DNA of 59,932 bases from Eubacteriales bacterium (GTDB lineage: Bacteria; Bacillota; Clostridia; Oscillospirales; CAG-272), in NCBI GenBank assembly GCA_045580755.1, contig JAZNOI010000129.1:1-59932 (forward strand). The letters run 5' to 3'. Below the pieces are notes generated by a model. The model did not search any database, was not told the origin of the DNA, and worked only from the letters and a program-made list of their open reading frames with translations. Within the stretch, counting starts at the first letter, position 1, and the number at the start of each line of letters is the position of its first letter. The position numbers were made by a program, and so were the translations under genes. Below, piece by piece: positions 18,535-26,333 of the stretch.

Positions 18535-19881
18535 GTGAACAGATATGTTAACGAAACGATAGCTCAAATAAAAGCTTCTAACAAAAGCGAACCCGAATTC
18601 ATACAAACAGTGGAAGAAGTATACGAAAGCCTCTCTGCCGTAGTAGATAAACATCCCGAATATGAAAAATACGGAATTCTCGAAAGAATGGCAGAGCCTG
18701 ACAGACAAATTGCATTCAGAGTTACTTGGGTCGACGACAACGGTAAAGTAAACGTCAACAAAGGATATAGAGTACAGTTTAATTCAGCGATCGGACCTTA
18801 CAAGGGCGGACTTCGTTTTCACCCCTCTGTATATATGGGAATAATGAAATTTCTCGGTTTTGAACAAACGTTCAAAAACAGCCTCACCGGACTCCCCATC
18901 GGCGGCGCAAAAGGCGGCTCGGACTTTGATCCACGCGGAAAGAGTGATGCTGAGATCATGCGTTTTTGCCAGAGCTTTATGACCGAGCTGTACAAATACA
19001 TCGGTCCCAGCCTTGACGTTCCCGCAGGCGATATAGGCGTCGGCGCAAGAGAGATCGGCTATCTTTTCGGACAGTACAAAAGAATTAAAACAAGTTTTGA
19101 CAACGGTGTTATCACAGGTAAAGATCTGAGCTACGGCGGTTCTCTTATAAGACCCGAAGCAACCGGATTTGGTGCAATTTATTACGCCGTCGAAGTATTG
19201 AAACACTTTGGCGAAACCATTGAAGGAAAAACCATTGCGGTATCCGGATTCGGAAACGTATCTTGGGGAGTATGTAAAAAGGCTGACGAGCTTGGTGCAA
19301 AAGTTGTAACGATCTCGGGGCCCGACGGATACGTCTACGATCCTGACGGTATCGTCGGAGAAAAGGTCGACTATTTGCTTGAAATGCGCGCATCGGGAAG
19401 AGATAAAGCCGAAGACTACGTAAAAAAATACCCAAATGCAAAATTCTTCAAGGGAGAAAAACCGTGGGGAATAAAAGTTGATATCGCTATGCCGTGCGCT
19501 ACCCAAAACGAGATCAATATGGCTGAGGCTGAAAAGATCGTTGCAAACGGCGTTAAATATTATATAGAAGTTGCAAATATGCCTACGACCAACGATGCTT
19601 TGAAATACTTGAAAGAAAAACTTGACGCCGTCGCTCCTTCAAAAGCAGTAAACGCAGGAGGCGTTGCAGTTTCCGCGCTCGAAATGAGCCAAAACAGCAT
19701 AAGATACAGCTGGACAAAAGAAGAGGTAGATTCAAGGCTTCAGCAGATCATGAAAAATATCCACGACGAATCCGTAAACAAAGCGGAAGAATACGGCTTG
19801 GGTTACGATCTCGTTGCCGGCGCAAACATTGCAGGCTTCTTGAAAGTTGCCGATGCTATGCTTGCTCAAGGTATACTCTGA
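18535..19881 (+). CDS. gdhA: NADP-specific glutamate dehydrogenase
   Basis: GYRVQFNSAIGPYKGGLRFHPSV..LPIGGAKGGSDFDP..GFGNVSWG. 448 aa. GTG start 8 nt after AGGAGG. Confidence 0.92.
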   Translation: MNRYVNETIAQIKASNKSEPEFIQTVEEVYESLSAVVDKHPEYEKYGILERMAEPDRQIAFRVTWVDDNGKVNVNKGYRVQFNSAIGPYKGGLRFHPSVYMGIMKFLGFEQTFKNSLTGLPIGGAKGGSDFDPRGKSDAEIMRFCQSFMTELYKYIGPSLDVPAGDIGVGAREIGYLFGQYKRIKTSFDNGVITGKDLSYGGSLIRPEATGFGAIYYAVEVLKHFGETIEGKTIAVSGFGNVSWGVCKKADELGAKVVTISGPDGYVYDPDGIVGEKVDYLLEMRASGRDKAEDYVKKYPNAKFFKGEKPWGIKVDIAMPCATQNEINMAEAEKIVANGVKYYIEVANMPTTNDALKYLKEKLDAVAPSKAVNAGGVAVSALEMSQNSIRYSWTKEEVDSRLQQIMKNIHDESVNKAEEYGLGYDLVAGANIAGFLKVADAMLAQGIL

Positions 19882-19897
19882 CCATCAAAAAACAAAC

Positions 19898-19940
19898 AAA
19901 GTGTATGTGTTCAGTCAGATCACATACACTTTTTCTTTTG
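19898..19940. terminator. Bidirectional terminator between gdhA and the convergent paralog gene
   Basis: AAAGTGTATGTG-loop-CACATACACTTT with flanking A-runs and T-runs. Confidence 0.65.
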
Positions 19941-19942
19941 TT

Positions 19943-21103
19943 TTATTTACGAGAATATATAAATTCTTTTCTGCACAGCTCCGCATCTCCGCTGTGCAAT
20001 CCGCCCTCGATCAAAAGGGTATATCTCCCCTCTTTGACGTCATCGGTAAACAGTTTTTCGGAATACTCTGCCAGAGCTACTGCATTTTTGCCGTATCTTT
20101 CGTGGTATTCCGTCTTGTTTATCAAATTTCCGTCAGCATCGTACAGTTTTAAATAACAGTATATTATCGGATAATCGGAAGACACTACTCCGTTCAGTTT
20201 ACCCTTTTTAAGATTATCATCAGTCGGCTCTTCATCTAAAGCAATAAAAGGAACTATACTTTTATTCGTCTTATAGACTTCCAGCGTCATTGCCAGATAA
20301 TTCTTTTCAAAAAGAAGTTTAAAACTGTATTCTTTACCCACACGCCAAGTAGTTTTTACTCCATCGTTTCTTGTCTTGTCAAAAGAATCAGTCTGCTCAA
20401 TACAAACCAAATAACTATTTTCGGGATCTATTTTCCCGCCTGCCGTTACCACATGTGCTTTTTCCAAAACCATACGGACATGACATAATCCCGAAGTCTC
20501 ATTCTTCTGCATAATTATGTCGCCCATATCTGCCATGGCGTACGCTGCATATATCGCATCTTCCCCGTTCGCGTCCCTGATATCCGCCGTTTTCATTACT
20601 CCGTCAGGTACAACAAGATCTCCGTAAAGCTCACCTATATATTCTTTTTTAAAGCTCGGCATATACTGGCGGGCAATATGGTTGGCAATCGGAGAAAATT
20701 GCTGTATTGCGCAACCGGTAGACGAGTTGCATTCAACTCCCCATACGAAGAAATTAGTATCGGAAGAGTTTTTTACGGCATCCGGAGTCGGGTCACGAAA
20801 CTCGCCGTTGTTTTCTTCTATATTTTTTAAAAACTCACCCAAACTCCTGTTTGAGCTTGAATACGGAAGACCAACGTATTTTTCACCCTTTTCAAACGTG
20901 TGGCTGTATTTCCAGTTTTTTCTGTTAAGCCCCGTCGAATACGTTTCAGCACATACCCATTCAAGCGTAGCCATTTTTTTCATATGATCGACCGCCGCCT
21001 GACGAAAGCTTCCCTTTGGCAAGGAAAATGCAACAAATTTATAGTATTTAAACGGGAATATGCCTTCCGGTAATATGCCGTTTTCTGACTCATATCTCTC
21101 CAT
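19943..21103 (-). CDS. Cys/His-module protein, leaderless paralog (P1, 386 aa from MERYES)
   Basis: Colinear with P2 and P3 from the LPEG motif onward: FRQAAVDHM, YVGLPYSS, WGVECNSS, GDIIMQKNETSGLCHVRMV, SYLVCIEQTD. ATG has GGAAGG 9 nt upstream and lies 16 nt after the P2 stop. The track's TTG start at 21184 would overlap P2. Confidence 0.7.
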   Translation of the reverse strand: MERYESENGILPEGIFPFKYYKFVAFSLPKGSFRQAAVDHMKKMATLEWVCAETYSTGLNRKNWKYSHTFEKGEKYVGLPYSSSNRSLGEFLKNIEENNGEFRDPTPDAVKNSSDTNFFVWGVECNSSTGCAIQQFSPIANHIARQYMPSFKKEYIGELYGDLVVPDGVMKTADIRDANGEDAIYAAYAMADMGDIIMQKNETSGLCHVRMVLEKAHVVTAGGKIDPENSYLVCIEQTDSFDKTRNDGVKTTWRVGKEYSFKLLFEKNYLAMTLEVYKTNKSIVPFIALDEEPTDDNLKKGKLNGVVSSDYPIIYCYLKLYDADGNLINKTEYHERYGKNAVALAEYSEKLFTDDVKEGRYTLLIEGGLHSGDAELCRKEFIYSRK

Positions 21104-21119
21104 ACGTATATTCCTTCCG

Positions 21120-22403
21120 TTAGCCTTTATACTCAAAATCGATCCTACACAACTCAGCTTCACCGCAGTAAAGCCCCGCTTCAATTACAAACGTGTATTT
21201 CCCCTCTCTTACCCCATCAAACAATGGAAAAGAGTAATTTCTTAAAGATATTTTAAAACCGCCCATTCTATCCTGTCTTATTTCTCTCTTTACCAAATTT
21301 CCTTGTGTATCATACAAGCTCATATAACAATACTGAATAGGATAATCCGAGCTGACCGTTCCTACGATAAGTCCTTTTGAAAGCTGTTCCTCAGACGTAG
21401 CTGTGTCCAACGCCAAATAAGGTATGACCGATACGTTTTTTTCATATATCTCAAAAGTGATCGGAACGTAGTTCTTTTCGTATAGTTCTGAAAAAGTATA
21501 CTTTTTGTCAACTCTCCAAGTGGTCTTTACTCCGTCTTTTCTCGTTGTATCAAACGCGTCCGTCTGTTCGGTACAAAGAACATAGCTTCTTCCGGGAATG
21601 ATCTTTCCCGCAACTGTTTTTGAAACCACAGGGGCCTGGGATATCATTCTTACATGACAAACTCCGGCAGTTTCATTTTTGCTCATAATAATATCACCAA
21701 GTCCAAGCGAGGTATACGAATTATACATAACATCCGCAGTATTCTCTGCGATTATATCCGCAGTCTTTTGCAGTCCCGGCGTCACTTTGTAGTCACCGCA
21801 GATAACGCCCACAAATTCGTCCGTAAAGCTTGGCATATACTGGCGGGCGACGCTTCTTACATCGGGAGTAAAAAGCTGGAAACACGCCGTCGTCGCCGAA
21901 CTGCATTCCAATCCCCATATATCCCAAGACTGTTCTCCGTCCGAATATTTTGAAGCACAGCTGAACGTGCCATCGTGTTCGCTTATATACTTTTTAAACT
22001 CACTGAGAGGTCTGTTAAACGACGAGTAGGGCAATCCCCTATAAGTATTCCCCTTTGTATACTCAAGCGAGTACTTCCAGTTTTCTCTGTCTTTTCCGGT
22101 AGAAAAGGTCTCACCGCATACCCACTCAAAATTTGCAAGCTCTTTCATACGGTCAACCGCTGCCTGTCTGAAATTTTCCGGCAGATCAAACTTCACAAAC
22201 GAATAGTATTCATCGGGATCGACACCTTCGGGTAAATCGCTCCTTGGAGTTTCATCTGTCGGAGGCGGATCCTCTCCCTTCGGACTTTCACTCGTGGTAT
22301 CCGCATTCCCGTTCGCTGCTTCCGGTTCTTTTTGCGCCGTTCCGCAAGCACACGCGGCAACGCAAAAAACAAAGATCAATGCATATATAATAATCTTTTT
22401 CAT
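21120..22403 (-). CDS. Cys/His-module lipoprotein (P2, 427 aa), function unknown, possibly a papain-fold/NlpC-P60-like hydrolase
   Basis: MKKIIIYALIFVFCVAAC lipobox, a Pro/Glu/Asp-rich linker, then FRQAAVDRM, YRGLPYSS, WGLECSSA, GDIIMSKNETAGVCHVRMI, SYVLCTEQTD. GGAGG RBS. Confidence 0.7.
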   Translation of the reverse strand: MKKIIIYALIFVFCVAACACGTAQKEPEAANGNADTTSESPKGEDPPPTDETPRSDLPEGVDPDEYYSFVKFDLPENFRQAAVDRMKELANFEWVCGETFSTGKDRENWKYSLEYTKGNTYRGLPYSSFNRPLSEFKKYISEHDGTFSCASKYSDGEQSWDIWGLECSSATTACFQLFTPDVRSVARQYMPSFTDEFVGVICGDYKVTPGLQKTADIIAENTADVMYNSYTSLGLGDIIMSKNETAGVCHVRMISQAPVVSKTVAGKIIPGRSYVLCTEQTDAFDTTRKDGVKTTWRVDKKYTFSELYEKNYVPITFEIYEKNVSVIPYLALDTATSEEQLSKGLIVGTVSSDYPIQYCYMSLYDTQGNLVKREIRQDRMGGFKISLRNYSFPLFDGVREGKYTFVIEAGLYCGEAELCRIDFEYKG

Positions 22404-22485
22404 ATCGCAACCTCCGATTTTTCTTTTACGCTCCTTATTATATCACAATATCTCTGCCGTATTATATAACAAAAGCAAAAAACAC

Positions 22486-22514
22486 TTGCACAAAAGATAG
22501 ATTTATGCTACAAT
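22486..22514 (+). promoter_or_regulatory. Promoter TTGCAC-17-TACAAT (extended TGC-TACAAT) for the second AraC gene
   Basis: Read directly within the 127-bp divergent intergenic region shared with P2. Confidence 0.45.
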
Positions 22515-22530
22515 ACGGCCGGGTGATATC

Positions 22531-23262
22531 ATGAACAACCAATACGTATCCACAACTCCAAAAAATAAAGTTAAATACCCGTTACATCGACACAAGAGCT
22601 GGGAAATACTTTACTATCTCAGCGGGAAGGGATATCTTGAAACTCCGGGAAAGAACCTATTTTTCGAACCCGGAACGATCATCGTAGTCCCCCCGAAATT
22701 GCTTCATGGCTCCGTGTCAGAAAACGGTTTTAAAAACATATCTATGGGTGGAGATTACGGTCACCTTTTTATGACGAACGAGCCATTCGCCGTAACCGAT
22801 CCCCCCAACCGAGAAGGAAAGATCTTGGCAGAACTGATCTATGCGAACAGGTTCTCCTCCCCGGATTACCTTTCTGCACTGTGTACGGCTTTCATACGCT
22901 TTATTCTCCAAAACTCAACACACGAAACTCAGCTTTCACGCACGGTATCACAAATCATAGTTGATATTACAGAGCATTTTTCCGACCCAAATTTCAACGT
23001 TACTTCTGCTTTAAACAAAAGCGGATATGCCGAAGACTATATAAGAGCAAAATTCAAAGAGATCACCAACAAAACACCAATTCGGTTTTTGACAGAAATG
23101 AGGGTCGAGCATGCAAAAAAACTATTTGAGATATACGGATACAGCCGCTCAGTTGCAGAAATAGCCGAGGGGTGCGGTTATAACGATCCGATCTATTTTA
23201 CAAGAGTTTTCAAAAAAATCGTCGGTATCTCTCCCGATGCCTTTAGAACACAAGCAATTTAA
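22531..23262 (+). CDS. AraC/XylS-family transcriptional regulator (cupin plus HTH)
   Basis: N-terminus HRHKSWEILYYLSGKGYLE..VVPPKLLHG (cupin). C-terminus SALNKSGYAEDYIRAKFKEITNKTPIRFLTEMRVEHAKKLF..VAEIAEGCGYNDPIYFTRVFKKIVGISPDAFR. Confidence 0.85.
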   Translation: MNNQYVSTTPKNKVKYPLHRHKSWEILYYLSGKGYLETPGKNLFFEPGTIIVVPPKLLHGSVSENGFKNISMGGDYGHLFMTNEPFAVTDPPNREGKILAELIYANRFSSPDYLSALCTAFIRFILQNSTHETQLSRTVSQIIVDITEHFSDPNFNVTSALNKSGYAEDYIRAKFKEITNKTPIRFLTEMRVEHAKKLFEIYGYSRSVAEIAEGCGYNDPIYFTRVFKKIVGISPDAFRTQAI

Positions 23263-23270
23263 AATCAAAA

Positions 23271-23307
23271 AGTGTTGCAGAGCAAACGCTCTACAACACT
23301 TTTTTGT
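23271..23307. terminator. Bidirectional terminator overlapping the last codons of coaX
   Basis: AAGTGTTGCAGAGC-AAAC-GCTCTACAACACTT followed by TTTTT, preceded by an A-run. Confidence 0.6.
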
Positions 23308-24070
23308 TCTTGTTATAAATGATTCCCAAACCTTTTAGCAATAAATACTCATCCGTTATGCTCTTCCGTTTTGTATGTTTGCAGATAAAACCTGCCAAAC
23401 CTCCCGTAGTTACAATAGTTTCGGGTTCTCTTCCGAGCTCCTCTGCAAAACGGTCAATAATACCGTCAATAGCTCCGGCATAACCGTATACTACACCCGA
23501 GCGCATACAATCAACGGTGCCCGAGGCTATGGCTTTTTTGGGCAAAGCCACGTCTATCTTAGGCAAAAGCGCAGCTTCGTCGGCTAAGGCGTTAAGCGAT
23601 ACGTTGATTCCCGGCATAAATGCTCCGCCGATAAACCTTCCGTTTTCGTCGACAACGGTCAACGTAGTGGCAGTTCCCATATCAACGATAACACAAGGCA
23701 GACCGTATTCCTCTTTTGCTCCGACGGCGGTCGCAACAAGATCCGAAGCAACAGTTCCCGGATCGTCGGTTAAGATATGTATACCGCTTTTCACTCCGAC
23801 TCCGACGACCAAAGCGTCAAGCCCTGTGAGTATTTTCACAGCATCCTTCATTATTTGGGTTACAGGTGGCACAACAGACGAAATGATCGCGCCGTCAACT
23901 GCCGACGTATCAAAGCCGGACAAGCCAAGTATCTGTTTGATATCGGAAGCATATCCGAAAGAAGATTGTTTTTCGTCCGTCTTCATGCTCATAACCGGCG
24001 GAATGAGCCCTCCGTCGCCGAGCACTCCGAATACTATATGCGTATTTCCTACATTTATTGCAAGAATCAT
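23291..24070 (-). CDS. coaX: Type III pantothenate kinase
   Basis: MILAINVGNTHIVFGV.., ..VIVDMGTATT.., ..TGGLA. 259 aa. Confidence 0.85.
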   Translation of the reverse strand: MILAINVGNTHIVFGVLGDGGLIPPVMSMKTDEKQSSFGYASDIKQILGLSGFDTSAVDGAIISSVVPPVTQIMKDAVKILTGLDALVVGVGVKSGIHILTDDPGTVASDLVATAVGAKEEYGLPCVIVDMGTATTLTVVDENGRFIGGAFMPGINVSLNALADEAALLPKIDVALPKKAIASGTVDCMRSGVVYGYAGAIDGIIDRFAEELGREPETIVTTGGLAGFICKHTKRKSITDEYLLLKGLGIIYNKNKKVL

Positions 24071-24082
24071 ATCTGTTCTCTC

Positions 24083-24691
24083 TTATACCTTTTTCTTTAC
24101 TGTTTCGGAAACTCTGACTATGATCGGAGATGCTACGATATTTATAATAAGTTCCGGAACAAAGTTACACAACACGATAAATATCAAAACAAACATCATA
24201 GGCGTATAACCTGCAGGCGTATTAGCTACAAGTACGTCAGAAAAAATTCCGCAAAGTCCGGTAAGGAATATTCCCGTATTGATAATAGGGCAAAGCGCAG
24301 ATGCAATAATCACCGCAACAGTACGTTTAACTTTCGTGAAATATTTCGCAACCAAGCCGGAAACGGCGCCTGCGACAGACGTCTTGATCAAGCAAAGTGC
24401 GATCGTAACGACGGGGTTCATAGTATACATTCCGACCGCCAAATTACCGGCAATGTGGGGCATCATTATTATCTGAGTAACTATGACCGCACCCATTATT
24501 GCTCCGAGCACCGCACCGTACAACGGACCAAACAACACTGCTCCGAGCACCAACGGTACGAGCGAAAAATTCAGTCCAACCAGCCCGCCGATAGGGGGAA
24601 TAGGCAAATACTGCAATACTATCATAATAGCGGCAAACAATGCAGTCATTACCAACGATTTTGTTTTTTGTTTGTTTTTTTCCAATGACAT
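24083..24691 (-). CDS. ECF transporter S (substrate-specific) component, possibly pantothenate (PanT-like) by context
   Basis: About 200 aa, six predicted TM helices. It sits 12 nt upstream of coaX on the same strand. The substrate call is inference from adjacency only. Confidence 0.6.
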   Translation of the reverse strand: MSLEKNKQKTKSLVMTALFAAIMIVLQYLPIPPIGGLVGLNFSLVPLVLGAVLFGPLYGAVLGAIMGAVIVTQIIMMPHIAGNLAVGMYTMNPVVTIALCLIKTSVAGAVSGLVAKYFTKVKRTVAVIIASALCPIINTGIFLTGLCGIFSDVLVANTPAGYTPMMFVLIFIVLCNFVPELIINIVASPIIVRVSETVKKKV

Positions 24692-24743
24692 ATAAAATAC
24701 CTCCTGCTACTGTCCCGATCAATTTCGGGTATAGTGCACAGTA

Positions 24744-24772
24744 ATTATAACTCCATATTTTTTTATTGTCAA
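24744..24772 (-). promoter_or_regulatory. Promoter TTGACA-17-TATAAT (minus strand) for the ECF-S/coaX operon
   Basis: Exact consensus on the reverse complement. The leader of about 50 nt contains the hairpin TACTGT..CCCGAAATTGATCGGGACAGTA. Confidence 0.5.
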
Positions 24773-24815
24773 GACTCAAGACTAAAGGTGAGACCCGCGG
24801 TTTGCACGGGCAAAA

Positions 24816-24847
24816 AAACAAAAAAGGAGTTTTATAAAAAAACTCCT
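24816..24847 (-). terminator. Intrinsic terminator after the cohesin-protein gene
   Basis: AGGAGTTT-loop-AAACTCCT followed by a T-run on the minus strand. Confidence 0.6.
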
Positions 24848-24860
24848 CTTTATACTCATA

Positions 24861-26306
24861 TCAGTTATTATACTTTGTGCCGAGTACGATCGCCACGACT
24901 ACAAGTGCAATTATAAGAACGGCAATTCCTATAAATACCCATGTAAAAATATTGTTCGAGAAGATCGAATCTCCGTCTTTCTCTTCCTCGTCATTTTTCT
25001 CATCATCCGTATTCGGAGCTTTTGTTTCGGGTGTGTCTGCCTTGTCCGTTTCGGGTTCCGTCGTTTCCTCTTCCTCTGCTTCTCCCATTTCGGCAAAAGC
25101 AAATCTCTGGAAAGTCTTTTCCAAGGGATCGTACATATACAAAGTCTTTTGACCTGCAGCGCCTATAGCATAAACCAAACAGTGATTGGGCTCTTCTGCG
25201 TTTGAAGGAACAAGCGCCTCTACGTTTTTACCGTCAACGGTAAACGTACCGAGTTCATAACCCTCGGGCGCTTCAACTATCTTCACGTCGAGTAACATCA
25301 GAGAGTTCTGTGTCTGACCCAAATATTCAAAAGGTTTTGCCGTCATATTCTGAACGTCAACAAAATAGAAACCTTCGGGAACCTTGTCGTTACCGAGCAG
25401 ATAAACAGCAGGACTTCCGTATTCATCGTAGCGGATAGCATTCACCTCAACGTCTCCGAGAGTCAAAAGCACGACCTCGAATCCCTTCGGAACCTTGTTC
25501 GCGTCTACGGTTTTGGCAACCTCAGCCGTTACGCCCTCGCCTAACGTCAGGAAAACGTCGGTAGACAGAGGGTTCTTCCCTCTTGTAACTTTTATCGTAT
25601 ATATTTTCTTTGCTCCGTTTTCGGCAGTGACCGTAATTGCGATAGCGTTATCTCCGACCGCGAGTGAGTCGTTTCCGCTAACGTAGACCGATGCTCCGTT
25701 GTGGTTCTTTATAGCCGAAACTGCGATCGACTTAACCGAAAAGTCAACCGATGCCGTATATTCCGTAACATTTGGAGAAAAAGCAGGTGAAAGAACTCCG
25801 TTTCCGATCGTCAGCCCTTTAAGCGTTGCATCCGACGAAGCTTCGGGAACAGGTTTTATATTGATCGCCGAGTAACCGATCGCGCCGTGAGTAAGCTCAT
25901 CGCCGCTTCCGCTGAAGAATTTCACTCCCGACGGATTCAAAGTAGTAGTTCCCGTTTTTTTCGTCTTAAAAGTAAGAGTAAAGCTCATTTTTGTTACAGA
26001 ACCCGAGTTGGTCATATCGGATACCTGTATTACTCCGCCTTTGTCTACGCCCGAAAACCAGTTGGTATTTCCGTATGCGGAGACAAACTGCAAATACGAC
26101 GTATCGTACGTTATGTTCATCTGATGTCCGCCGAGGTTATCGCCCTTTACGTCAACAACGACGCTGACGTTGTTTCCGACCGTTACGGTCGGGTCGGTAA
26201 ACCAAAGCGATGCCGATGCCGCACTTGCATTCAATGCAAACAGCACGGCGGTCAAGCATACTATCACACAAGCCGTTACAATATGTAATAATCTTCTTCT
26301 GTTCAT
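24861..26306 (-). CDS. Membrane-anchored surface protein: signal peptide, cohesin-like domain, cadherin-like beta-sandwich, acidic linker, C-terminal TM helix
   Basis: Start taken at MNRRRLLHIV. Cohesin-like VGNNVSVVVDVKGDNLGGHQMNITYDTSYLQFVS. Cadherin-like LKGLTIGNGVLSPAFSPNVTEYTASV..KIYTIKVTR. Acidic EAEEEETTEPETDK linker, then WVFIGIAVLIIALVVVAIVLG. Confidence 0.6.
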   Translation of the reverse strand: MNRRRLLHIVTACVIVCLTAVLFALNASAASASLWFTDPTVTVGNNVSVVVDVKGDNLGGHQMNITYDTSYLQFVSAYGNTNWFSGVDKGGVIQVSDMTNSGSVTKMSFTLTFKTKKTGTTTLNPSGVKFFSGSGDELTHGAIGYSAINIKPVPEASSDATLKGLTIGNGVLSPAFSPNVTEYTASVDFSVKSIAVSAIKNHNGASVYVSGNDSLAVGDNAIAITVTAENGAKKIYTIKVTRGKNPLSTDVFLTLGEGVTAEVAKTVDANKVPKGFEVVLLTLGDVEVNAIRYDEYGSPAVYLLGNDKVPEGFYFVDVQNMTAKPFEYLGQTQNSLMLLDVKIVEAPEGYELGTFTVDGKNVEALVPSNAEEPNHCLVYAIGAAGQKTLYMYDPLEKTFQRFAFAEMGEAEEEETTEPETDKADTPETKAPNTDDEKNDEEEKDGDSIFSNNIFTWVFIGIAVLIIALVVVAIVLGTKYNN

Positions 26307-26333
26307 ATAAATTCCTCTATAATTCATCAACAA

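Noticed and set aside
21104-21184. TTG-initiated N-terminal extension of P1 that overlaps the 3' end of P2
   Set aside because: The extension (MKRGFTAVKLSCVGSILSIKANGRNIR) has no counterpart in the paralogs. It would overlap P2 by 65 nt and lacks an RBS, whereas the ATG at 21103 has one. It does not look like a lipoprotein signal.
23517-24688. Plus-strand ORFs of 230 and 303 aa overlapping coaX and the ECF S-component
   Set aside because: They are antisense to two well-supported genes. Their translations are compositionally odd (Arg/His/Asn/Tyr- or Ser/Thr/Pro-rich) and they lack an RBS.
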